From NCBI GenBank assembly GCA_031835245.2, contig JAVKOQ020000012.1:1-64000 (forward strand): a DNA stretch of 64,000 bases, given 5' to 3'. This document shows positions 40,991-52,571 of the stretch, one piece after another. The translations under genes were made by a program, and so were the position numbers. The DNA is from Balamuthia mandrillaris. Taxonomy: Eukaryota. Within the stretch, counting starts at the first letter, position 1. Each line of letters starts with the position of its first letter. The notes under the pieces were generated by a model, which saw only the letters and a program-made list of their open reading frames with translations, did no database searches and was not told where the DNA came from.

Positions 40991-41062
40991 TGTTGCACGG
41001 CCAACAAAGTACAATATAAAATACAAGGCGGGGACGTTTCGTTTGAACAACCACACCACGAA

Positions 41063-41224
41063 ATGCATTCCTCCTTGCTGGAAATAATGATAGCCTTACT
41101 TGTGGCTGCTGCCCTTTTCGCCTGCAGTGCCGGAGAGGCTGTTGATCTGCCCCACTCCGTTCATTCTCTTGATGGTACCGTAGTCTTGTTCTCCTTCTAC
41201 TGCTACTTCCTCTAACCTCCTTTC

Positions 41225-41268
<44 letters not shown>

Positions 41269-42497
41269 ACAACAAAGTCCTTTCTTCTGCTCCTTCTTTC
41301 AAAGAGGAATCACCTCTCAACAAGGAAATGCTTCGCTGGCTGCTCTCCTCCAAAGAGGGGCGAGAGGTGAGCCACGAAGAACTAGCCGCCTTTCCACAAT
41401 ACAATGAGACATGGTCTTCTCTCATCTCAGTCGGCGTTGCTCAAGACCTCCCTTCTCTCTCCCACGTAAAGCTCCCTCTTTCATTTCCTTTTCTTCTTTG
41501 CTGGCCACCAAATCAAACAAAACGAACAAACAAAAGGCTGCTTCGAGACTAGCCAGCAAAGTGCTGCGTGATGAGACGACGCATTTGGAGTTGAGCTGCG
41601 CTGCCCTTCAAGGCACCTTCCGTTTTGTGCGAGCGGCTACCACCCCTTCCATTCGGGAGGCTGCTTCTGCCAGCAAGTGCCAGCTGCCAACCTCCGCCTT
41701 TGATGTCTCATCTTCGTATTGGAGGCGGGGTGTGGAAAGACATGACGTGTCGGCGGTGATTGCGCCGCGTAAAGTAAGCGCACAGGCTGAGGGCTCCTCT
41801 TGTGAACAAGGGGCAACTTTTGCTGAGGCCATTGCGGTTGCGTACTCTTTCTTCCTTTCGATTTCTTTCTGTCTTTCTTGTTCTTGTTCTTGTTCTTGTT
41901 CTTGTTCTTGTTCTTGTTCTTGTTCTTCTTCTTCTTCTTCTTCTTCTTCTTCTTCTTCTTCTTCTTCTTCTTCTTCTTCCTTCATTCTCATTTATTTTTT
42001 GTTTAGTATGCCAAAGAACGACTCCGAACGTCCTTCTCAAATGTGTTGTACTGCGAAGAAGAGGTAGGCCTCGCTTTCTTTTCTCTTTAGAGTTTCTTCC
42101 TTGTCAAAAGCGTTCCTTCAATATGACTCATTTATACCCATTGCCAAGACATGGACAGAAGAAGTTAGAACTCAACACCTCGTTGCAATTATCCAAATAG
42201 CAAGCAAAGAAGGAGCAGCGCCCGACTATTTGTTGGTGATTCATGATTCCTCCTCGCAGTTGTTGCTATCTCTGGCTGGTTCTTCTCTGGGCAAAGACGT
42301 CACCGCTTCTCCCACTCTCCAATTACGCCATATAGATTACACTTTGATGGTGGAGGACATGGACGGCAACACCCGTTCTTTGTTGGTCTCACGTTCTACT
42401 GTTGCTTCCTCTGTTGCGTCTTCTCCCTCGTTTAGATTGCTGAAAAGTGTTGTTCTCTCTAAAGGGTCTGATATTGAAGGTCAATTCTCTCCCTCCT

Positions 42498-42548
<51 letters not shown>

Positions 42549-42721
42549 CAACAATGTTTACCTTTGTCTCTGCAGGTGGAATGCGACGAAGATCAAGCCC
42601 TGACACCCTCTCTGCTGATGGGCACAAAAACCTGACGGTCATGAGCTACAACATTTGGAACTTCAATGCAAATTGGGAAGAGAGAAAAGTATTGATCGCC
42701 AATGAGGTATTGGCTTCTTTC

Positions 42722-42764
<43 letters not shown>

Positions 42765-43643
42765 ACACAACTCAAATGGCGCGACAATAAGATTATGAAA
42801 GTAGAACCAGACATTGTTGGTGTTCAGGAGATACGACAACGCTATGGCACCGGGCTGTCCATAAACCCGAGCCAACTGGAAGACTTGGCGGCCTTGTTAC
42901 CCGACTATCACTCGTGGATCTATCAACCGGCCATGCGTTACACCAACGAGCAAGAAGGCGTTGGCATTCTCACCCGTCATCCTATTCTCAACCACAGTTA
43001 CATCGACCTCACGTTTGTTCCTGGCACTAATGATCTCAACCAACGGTTCTCTCTTCTCCCTTCTCTCTCTCTCTCTCTCTCTCTCTCCCACGCTCATATA
43101 GTACACTTTAAAAAAAGGGTGGTATTGCGTGCGTTAGTAGATAGCCCGACCGGTCCCATCCAGTTCTTCGTGACTCACTTCACGTATGCGCAAGGACGTG
43201 GCCAGATGAGCAATGCATTGGAGCTGCTCCGCTTCATGCATCAGCACAGCAACGGCAGTGCCGTTGCTCAAGTGGCCGTTGGTGATTTTAACGTCTACAC
43301 CGGCGACGAGCGGCCTGCCGATTTTCTGACAGGAAAGTCCAGCTTTTCGAGTCAAAGGGGTGACTTGCGAGATGCTTGGGAAGAGACCGCTCTTCCCAAC
43401 AAAACTATGACTAAGGAGGATGTGGATGGCGTTAAAAAGAGCGGTTATACATTCAGCAACCTGCCGAATGCGAAGTTGATAAACCGTGCCGACCGGATTT
43501 ATGTGAGGAAGGAGGCCGCTGCATCGCGACTCAGTGTGGTGGAGACGAAGAGAATTGGCTTTGTGGAAAGCACTGGCGGCGTGCCTGCCTCGGATCATCT
43601 CGGTCTCTATTCTTTGTTGCAGATAGAGCCTGTCGATGCTTAG
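41063..43643 (+). CDS. Endonuclease/exonuclease/phosphatase (EEP) family protein with predicted signal peptide, multi-exon
   Basis: N-terminal MHSSLLEIMIALLVAAALFACSAGEA; VMSYNIWN, PDIVGVQE, EGVGILTRHPI, VTHF, VGDFN, DLRDAW, RADRIYV, ASDHLGL. Confidence 0.88.
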
Positions 43644-43704
43644 CGAAGAATGATGAAAGGGAAGCTTTTGTTTTTTTGTTTGGTATGTTTAAATAAGTTT
43701 AATG

Positions 43705-44736
43705 TTAGTGAAAAAGGAATCCAGCTCTGTCGAGGAATATGTAACAAACGACAGAGAGGAAGAAAATGACCCCAAAAGCAATGAGAAGGGTATCAGTGCA
43801 CTCTCTTCGCTTCATCTTGACGAGCAGGCCATGCGCCACCCGCACCACTCCCCTGTACATCCTATGGTGTTGCGTAGTCTTGTTCAACATATCTGATTGC
43901 TCTTCTACTCTTATGCGATAATAACATTGCAACATGTTTGTGAGAAGAACGGATGAGAGAACGACAGAAGGGACCAAGGATAAGAGAGATGCGAGAACGA
44001 ACCGAGCGTAGAGATGGTAGCACTGCTGCGTGCCAGCTCTTGCGCCATCAGTTGGCGTGTTCGCCGCAGAGAAGACGTGATATTGCTGTGAGCCTTCAGC
44101 ACATCTCTCTTCGCCCTGGTAAACGTTTTTTAAACGTGACATCAACCAAATCAAAAATGTGTATGAAAGAGAGAGCAAACCTGGCTTTGCGTTGGCGCAA
44201 AAGATCCTCTCCGCCTTGAAGTAATGCTTCTCGCTCGCGAACGTGCCTTTTTTCCATGGCCTGCTTGCATGCCAGGTTCGCTTTCCGCAACAACAAACGA
44301 AGGCTTTGAAATAGGTGTGGATGAACGAATGCGTGAATGAAAGTTTTGGTTGATCAAAAAAGTAGAGGGAGGAGATGACTTCTTACTCTGCAAGTTCTTT
44401 GTTATGGCAGTCTACTGCATGTAGAAGCTTTTTGCGCTCCTCCTCGCTATCCTCTTCTTCAGCAAACAACTTCAACTCCTTAAGTTGAAGAGGAAAAGCA
44501 ACGTTAGCCTTCTCTGCTTCTTTTTTTGTTTTGTTTGTTCGGATGGACTGACTGGACAACACGCAAACCTTAATCCTTGCTTTGAGTTGTTTCAGATCAG
44601 CATTGATCTCTACGTTTCTCTCGTTTATGTGTTGGATTGAATTTACTGGTTGGTCTTTCAGGCCTTTGATGCATTGTCGCAATCGCCACTCTTCCTCCAC
44701 CAACTCTGCGATTCTGTGCTTGCTGCGTTCTTCCAT
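43705..44736 (-). CDS. SEC20: SEC20/BNIP1 Qb-SNARE
   Basis: NITSSLRRTRQLMAQELARS..TL/EEQS, RRECTDTLLIAFGVIFFLSVVCYIFLDR C-terminal transmembrane anchor. Confidence 0.9.
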
Positions 44737-44985
44737 CCTTTCTTTCTTTTTTTTTTTAAATCCAAGAAATCATGTCGTCACGGAAACATCTGCAAATATT
44801 TGCTGCTGATGTCATCATCAGAAGACTGATCGATCTCCAGAGGAGCACTCAAGGAGCAAGGAGAGCGCAGAGGGAGGATTCAGAAGAGAACAAGAAGGAA
44901 AGGGAAGCAACAAAAAAAAAAGGGGTTATTGGTTACGATAGCACCTCTCGCAAAAAAAGCAACAGCAAGGATAGGGGTCCCGAGG

Positions 44986-46448
44986 TTAGGGCTTGCTGTA
45001 GTAAAGGAGACGAGAGGCATCACCGGGATCACACCCTTGCCGATACCTTTCCTGCCACTTGAGAATGATTTTGCGCTTCTTGATAGGGATCTCCAACTTT
45101 CTCAGCTCCAGGTTCTTGGAGAGGAACAGCTCGTCCCAGCTCTTGAACTTTTCAACAAAATCCTCGCACTTGATCTTCTTCAAGAAGCTTTCCACCGTTT
45201 CGCCATCTGTTGTTGTCAGCATCATAAAAAGAATAGGGATCTAATGTAAGGAGAAAAGAGACGAGAAGCAAAAACATATAGAAGGGTTGAAGAGAAGAGA
45301 TCACGGAAAAATAGAAAAAGAGTAAGAGGGAAGGCAGTACCGCGAGGAGCAGGGATCTTGGGATAAAAGTAATAACGGTGGCCAGGCGGGGTGGGTGGTG
45401 GTGCAACTTGGTTGTGGTGCTTAGGGAAATTACGCATGTGGTGCACATAAGCAAACTTCTTCTTTTCCTCTTCCCCCTCCTTTTGCTCTGTATCCTCCTG
45501 CTCAATCTCTTCCTCTTCCTCTTCCGCCTCCTCCTCTTCTTCTTCCGCCTCCTCTTCTCCCTCTTCTCTCATTGCCCCTTCCTCCCCCTTTATCAGAGGC
45601 GAGTGCGGCTCTGGCGGCTTCAAGCTAAACAACTTGTGCCAGTCCAACAGCTGAAAGGCGCCCTCATAGTTGGGGTGCGGGTAGAGCTTCCTCAGCTTCT
45701 CCACCTCCTTAGGGTCCAGCCCCTGCTCGGCGGTCTTCCTCCTAAAGTCCCACCCAATCTGCTGCACGGTGGAGTCCAAGCAGTACCTGTTGGCAGCAGA
45801 GAGAAGGTGCTTATTCTCGTTCTCGGGGGCCTCCTCCTCGAGGTCGACGTCCACGTTGGGCGGCCGGCCGTGCGTCTCGTAGAACTCCCACATGGATTCG
45901 GTGGTGGGAAGGGTTTGCGCAAAGGCCTCCAGCTCCGCATGCTCAGTCGCCAACGCCTCCAAGCCCTCCTTTCCGTCCAACTCTTCTTTGAGGGCGTTGT
46001 CAGGGTCCGCCATTTGCGCCATTCGCTCCACCGTTTGCGAGGATTGGTTCTGGTCTAACATACGGGAGAAGACGGTGGAAGGAGGAGCGGAGGAAGAGGA
46101 AGAGGAGGAAGGGGGTTTTGGAGCTCTGTTCCCTTGCCCCGGTTTTTCGTTCTTGAATACTGTGCTTGAGAGCATGTTGAGAAGGTTTTCGTTGGAAGAC
46201 CCCGAGTTCGAGCCAGAACCCGAACCAGCACCACCACCTCGATCTCCAGCTCCAGCAGCTCCAGGCTTTGAGCCGGAGCCCTTTGAGCCAGGGTTGGATC
46301 CGCCGCCGGATGAACCAGAGGGGGCACCCGCATAGCAGCGGCGGGAGGAGAGGCAGAGGGGAGCAAAAGGCAAGAAGGGCTGTCGGAGGCGAGCTCCACT
46401 CAACGACCGCGCCCACACAAGCTGGCTCTCACCCGCGCGACGCATCAT
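44986..46448 (-). CDS. Mitochondrial IGR-domain protein (mS41/FYV4-like) with a long N-terminal extension
   Basis: Arg-rich presequence-like N-terminus ending RRCYA; last exon TVESFLKKI..FKSWDELF....LELRKLEIPIKKRKIILKWQERYRQG. Confidence 0.75.
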
Positions 46449-46800
46449 CTTTTCAGTGCGGTTCGTCTCGACGAGGCGTCTAAATCAAAGGACCGCTTTC
46501 TTTTCTTTTCTTTTTTTTTTTGTGGCCTCTTTTTTTTTTTTATTTTTGGTGGGGTCCCTATTTTCGAAACACACGTCATGTTCAGATCCATCGATCTTTA
46601 ATTTATTCCAAGAATGGATTGATGAGTCGACAGTATATCTTGCTTTAAAATGGCGGGAATTTTCAACGGTTAGTAAAATAGTGTGCCGCTCCGTATTATT
46701 ATTTGCTAGCGCTGAGGGGAGAGCTGCTGGCGCAGAAGATTGGAAGAAAGAGGTCCAGCAGCAAAACTGCGTGGTGGCAAAGAGGATCCACAAACGAACA

Positions 46801-48836
46801 ATGGTTTGATTTTTTTTTGATCGCGAAGCCTTTTGTGAAAAAAACAAACAGCAGCTGATTTTTTCATGCTTTATCCAACGCTGTGCCAACAACCAAAAAA
46901 AAAGAGCTTAATCACAAATTATTTCAAGGCTGGCGCGGACAAGAGTGGAGGAGGTAAGAGCGCCGGTGGATCCGCTTCCAAAGGAAAAAAACTCTCCGTT
47001 CTCTCAGGTCTCTTCTTCGACCTCTTTTTTTTTTAGGTTTGTTTGATTTGCTTAACACTGATGTTAACCAACACATAAAGATGAGGACTCCAACTCTGAA
47101 GAAGAATTTCAACAGAGGTACTTTTTCCTTTCTTCTCTCTCTTCCATCCCTCTCTTGTGGCTCTCTTTCTTCTCACACATTGATGAATACGCCAAAAACA
47201 GTTCAGCTCCTCAGAGAACCAAGAAACAAGCGCCCGTAAAAGAAGAAACGCCAAAGAGCAAGAAAAAGACCGCCAAAGGGAGTAACAACTCTGTAACAAC
47301 CACTCCAGCTGCCACAACCACCACAACAAACAAGAAGAGCAAAAGAGATGACCCTCCGTGGCCAGAGTTGAAGCGACCGGTTGGCAGGTCCTCTGCTGCC
47401 ACTCCAAGTGGTAGAGGAAAACGAAAGCGAGAGGCAGCGTTTACTCCAGAAAAGAAAACAGCGAATGATACCGAAGAAGAAGAAGAAAAAGCGGAGATGG
47501 CGAATAGAAACCTACCACGGCCACAAAAAGAAGAGAGCAAACAAGGAAAGCAGCTGTTTATGGATTTGGTGGAGGAAGAAGATGAACATGACAGTATCGA
47601 GTCCTTTCCAGAGGAATCAAGCCCTGCTCCTACTCGTCGATCTTCCTCTTCCAAAAAGGACTCTCCGCCGTGGAAGGAAGTCCAGAGCCCAAAAAAGAAG
47701 AAAGCAAAAACGGAGGCTGCCTCTACCGTTACTTCTACTTCGACTCCTACAAACATTCCTCAGAAAGATACATCTGCTGCTGCCTCTCCTAGGAAAGGAA
47801 AGGGCAACCCTACTGCTTAGTACGTATTTCTCTATTTAAACTTGCATCCATTCGCTCACTACATTTTGTTCATTAATTTTTGGACCCATGAAGCCATTAT
47901 TGGGCAAACCGAGGTCCCCCGCCAAACTTGGGAGGAAAGGAAATTCCTCAAGGAAAGCCCAATTGTCTATATGGCAAAGTGTTTTTGTTTACTGGAGTGT
48001 TGGACTCATTGGAGCGAGACGATGCTATACGTTTAGTCGAACATTATGCTGGGTATTTACGACTTGCCAATGCCTCTTTATTTTCTATTATGTGTTAACC
48101 CTTTCCCTCTCTCTCTCTCTCTCTCTCTCTCTCGTTTCTTCTCCCTCTCTCCTTTCTCCCCCCCAAAAAAAAAAATACACAGAAAAGTGGTGAAGACAAC
48201 AGCCAAGAGCCTTACACATATAGTTATCGGAACAGAGCCTGGCTTTAGCAAGTTACAAAAGCTGGAGGACAGAAAGGACGTGGTCCGTCTTGACGAAGAT
48301 GGCTTGCTAGACCTAATCCGTACTGCTCCTGAACAAAAGCTATCCCAGGCCGTCCTTGCCAAGCTGAGCAAGTCCGCCAAACTCTCCGCTCCAAGCACTA
48401 CTCCCTTCCAAACATCCACCTCTGCATCAGCCCCAACTGCTACCGGTGTTGCTCCCACAAGGCTTCCTTCGCCGCTTGTTACCGCCAACTTTTCAGAGGA
48501 AAGGAAGAAAGAGCTGAAAGGGGCGCTTTGGGCGGATAAACACAAGCCCCGAGCTACCATTGAACTTATAGGTAATCCAGGCGTGATCAAGAAGCTCTCT
48601 GACTGGCTGCATAATTGGGACATACCTCAACCGGTGAAGGGTGGCAAGGGCAAGGCCACTATGGAGAAGGGCAGGCCCATTCGTTCGCGGGAGAACGGCT
48701 ATAATGCCGTGCTCCTCTCTGGCCCACCTGGCATTGGCAAGACTTCTGCTGCTATGCTTGTTGCCAGAGAATGTGGATATACTCCCATTGAATTTAATGC
48801 TAGTGATGTCAGGAGCAAAAAACTTATTCAGGTTTG

Positions 48837-48880
<44 letters not shown>

Positions 48881-48881
48881 A

Positions 48882-48912
<31 letters not shown>

Positions 48913-49279
48913 GTGTGCTTAGTTCTTATGTCATCATTATGCAGACTACTGTTGCGCAGTCGAACGACAACCGGTCTATTGGTGAATTCTTTGCTGGCGT
49001 ACTTTTTCTCTTCTTTATGCCCCCCCCCCTGCTTCCCCAACTAATGCTATTCCTCTTATGCAGACGGAACAAAAGAACACCGAGGGCAAAAAAGCGTGTA
49101 TCATCATGGACGAAGTGGATGGTATGTCTTCGGGGGATCGAGGAGGCATGGCAGAAATTATTTCAATGATCAAAACAAGTAAGATTCCTATCATATGCCT
49201 GTGCAATGACCGTGACAGCCCAAAGGTCCGCTCCCTTGCCAACCACTGCCTTGATCTTCGCTTTCACAGGTGCGCAACG

Positions 49280-49310
<31 letters not shown>

Positions 49311-50858
49311 ACTTTATTTATTATTTGCCTGGTTTAGACCCACAACGCTACAGATACAAAAGAGAGTGGAACACATTTTGCAGTTGGAAGGAATGCGAGT
49401 CGATCCAGAAGCTTTGACTCGCGTCATCGAATCAGTACATGGCGACGTGCGTCAACTACTTAATCTATTACAGATGTGGCGCGTTGGCACCAAAAACATA
49501 GGCAAGGAAGGCCTTCAGGAGAGGCTGCAGTCCATCCACAAGAATGTACAGCTGGGGCCGTTTGACGTGATTCCTAAATTGTTGGACGCGCAGCAATCTG
49601 CTACCTATTCTCTTTCCGACAAGATCGACTTTTATTTTGTGGACTACTCTCTGGTTCCTCTTCTCATTTTCGTAAGTTCTCGCTCCAGCCCCTCTTGATT
49701 GCTCCCTCAGGAGCATGCTCTCTTTCCCTCGCCCATTTCTAATAACCTTGGAAACAAAAACAGGAAAATTATCTTCACACGAGGCCAAAAGGTGCAAAAG
49801 GAATATCACGGGACCAGAAGGTGGAGAAGGCCGTAGAGATGGATATCATATCCGCAGCTGTTGACTCAATATCGGACGGTGATCTTATGACACCTCTCAT
49901 AATGGGAGAGCAACATTGGTCCCTTGCTCCGGCCCACGGCGTGATCTCTACCGTGCGTCCTGCTTCCTTAGTTGAGGGAAGCTTGATGGCTAGACCTTCT
50001 TTCCCACAGTACTTTTGTCCCTCTCTTCATTTTATTTCTCTTCTGTTGCTCATAAATCAACACAAAATTAGGTACTTGGCCAAGTTCTCGACCACGAAGA
50101 AGAATATGCGCCTCTTAAAGGAAGTATCTGTGCACAGCAGCGGTGCTGTCTCAGGAACCAAAGCCCAGTTGTGTTTGGACTATCTACCGCACATGAAGCG
50201 TGCTCTCGCACGACCACTCATTAAACGTGGAGCGGTCAGTTGAATTCTTTCATTGTTTCGTTTATTTTGCTATGAGCGGATGGACTTTTATTGACTTAAA
50301 TGGCTACTTGCAGGATGGAATTGATGAGGTGATCGAATTTATGGATTCGTACGGACTCGGGCGGGAGGATTGGGACTCTGTGATGGACCTCTCCAAGTTC
50401 TCCTTTTCCGAAGATGTCTCAAAGAAGATAAACAAAAATTTGAAAACTGCATTCAGCAAAGCGTACGTTTCTCTCTCTCTCCCTCCCTCCTCTTTGTTGA
50501 TTATTATTATTAACTAGTGGCTTTTGTTCACAAATAAAGTTATAAAGCAACTCATACCGCTGTGAAGCGGACTACTGCTAAAGAAGCTCTTAACATTGTG
50601 GTTAACGAAGAGGTCGCAGCAGCAGGCGAAGAGGAAGATGGAGCCGGACTTGCTTCATTGACAGCGGAAGACGATGAGGATGAAGAAGAGGAGGACACTG
50701 GGTTGGACGTTAACAAACTCAAAGGCAATCCCATGATCAAAGTTAAACCCCTCAAAGCAGCAGCCACCAACAGCAGAAGTGGGAAAGGCCAGAGCAGAAC
50801 TGCAGGCACAAAGGGGAAAGGCAAAGGCAAAGGGAAGGGCAAAGGAAAGGCAAAATAA
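46801..50858 (+). CDS. RFC1: Replication factor C subunit 1, multi-exon; start inferred as ATG followed directly by an intron
   Basis: BRCT region (CLYGKVFLFTGVLDSLER), LWADKHKP, LLSGPPGIGKTS, IEFNASDVRSKK, IIMDEVDGMS.GDRGG, IPIICLCND, GDVRQ.LN, KTAFSK.Y. Confidence 0.96.
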
Positions 50859-51003
50859 ACGAACCACCATTTCACAACAACTGTGACTCCTCATCTCACT
50901 AGCACAGGACACCATTACCACCACCACGAAACCACAAAGGAAGAAAGTTGGTGTCCTTCCTTTATTGTTCTATTTGGTTTTGTAATTTTTTGTTGCATGA
51001 AAA

Positions 51004-52368
51004 ATGGAGAGCTTGCCGGAAGAGTTGGTGAGCTACACCTTGGACATGCTGCCTAGGGGCATGAAACCCATCGCCGCAAGGACGTGCAAACGTTGGTTTT
51101 CCTATCTACCAGTCGACCAGAGGATCAGCTTGGGCGCCGTCTGCAGTAGATTGCCCTTGTTGCGGTGGGCAGTGGCGGAAGGCTGCCCCTTGGACCAAAA
51201 CACCTTTGTGGCGGCGGCTCAACAAGGCGACTTGGCGGTACTGCAGTGGCTGCTAGAACAAGGAATGCCGCTGCCAAGTGACCTTTGTGCAGCAGCCGCA
51301 AGAGGAGGGCAGCTGGGAGCGCTGAAATGGCTTCGTGCAAAAGGTTGCCCGTGGGGCGAAGACACTTGTTCAGAACTGGCAGCCAACGGGGATTTGGAAG
51401 CACTGAAATGGGCTCGTGAGAATGGGTGCCGTTGGAACAACTCAACGAGCGTCAATGCAGCAGAGAATGGACACTTGGAAGTACTGAGGTGGGCCAGAGA
51501 ACACGGTTGCTGTTGGAGCATTTTGACATGTGCTGCAGCCGCGTTGAATGGGCATCAGGAAGTGTTGCAATGGGCGAGAGAACAGGGCTGCCCATGGGAC
51601 GAACAAACTTGCATCAATGCAGCAGCAAATGGACACTTGGAGACACTGAAGTGGGCAGTCGACAACGGGTGTCGATGGAAGAAGGAGAAGGTGTGTGCTT
51701 CTGCGGCTTCTCGAGGACATTGGAATACTCTCAAATGGGCAAGAGAACAGGGTGGTGAATGGAACTGTAGATCAATCACGACCGATGTTTGTGCCAAGGC
51801 CGCAGGACAAGGAGATTTGGCAATGCTGAAGTGGCTTCGTGAGCATGACTTTCCTTGGGATGAACACACCTGCGTCCATGCAGCAGCGAGCGGACACCTA
51901 GAGGTGTTGAAGTGGGCACTTGAACACGAATGTATTTGGGACACGACAGTATGCAGGGCGGCAGCAGCGAACGGACACTTGGAGGTGTTGAAGTGGGCAG
52001 TTAACAACGGATGCCGATGGGACAAAGACTCGTGCGCTGCTGTTGCTGCTATGAAGGGCCAGTTGGAGGTGCTGAAGTGGGCGAGAGAACAAGGATGCCG
52101 GAGTGAAGCCGTATGTGTGCATGCTGCTGGAGGGGGGCATCTGGCCATGCTGAAATGGCTCCACCAGAACGGAGGATTGGGATACAGCCACTACACATGT
52201 GCGGAAGCCGCCGCCAAAGGAGGTCACTTGGAGGTGCTACAGTGGCTTTACAGGCAGCAGAGTTACCGTTGGGATCATTACCACCTACGTATTGCAAGAG
52301 CGAACGGGCATGCCCACGTGGTGCAATGGCTGGAACTAGTTTGTGATGTTCTCAAAGGTTGCTTGTGA
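51004..52368 (+). CDS. Intronless F-box-like plus ankyrin-repeat protein of the giant-virus-associated type
   Basis: MESLPEELVSYTLDML..ARTCKRW F-box-like start, then roughly 15 short (~24-29 aa) repeats C..AA.NGHLEVLKWARE.GC.W; 454 aa uninterrupted ORF. Confidence 0.9.
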   Translation: MESLPEELVSYTLDMLPRGMKPIAARTCKRWFSYLPVDQRISLGAVCSRLPLLRWAVAEGCPLDQNTFVAAAQQGDLAVLQWLLEQGMPLPSDLCAAAARGGQLGALKWLRAKGCPWGEDTCSELAANGDLEALKWARENGCRWNNSTSVNAAENGHLEVLRWAREHGCCWSILTCAAAALNGHQEVLQWAREQGCPWDEQTCINAAANGHLETLKWAVDNGCRWKKEKVCASAASRGHWNTLKWAREQGGEWNCRSITTDVCAKAAGQGDLAMLKWLREHDFPWDEHTCVHAAASGHLEVLKWALEHECIWDTTVCRAAAANGHLEVLKWAVNNGCRWDKDSCAAVAAMKGQLEVLKWAREQGCRSEAVCVHAAGGGHLAMLKWLHQNGGLGYSHYTCAEAAAKGGHLEVLQWLYRQQSYRWDHYHLRIARANGHAHVVQWLELVCDVLKGCL

Positions 52369-52571
52369 TTTCCGCTGCATTAACGGAGGGAGTTTGTCAC
52401 TGCTGTTTAAACCCCTTATATCGACGTCGCTGATCTGACGGTGGGACCATCCCACCAGTGCTTTCTTGTTTGTAGTTCGTTCGGCAAGCGTTTCCGGAAA
52501 CATTTTCCAGGAATAGAAACGTGCAAGAAGGAGGAGGGAACAAAAAGGAAAAAAAAACCCCAACGAAGAGC

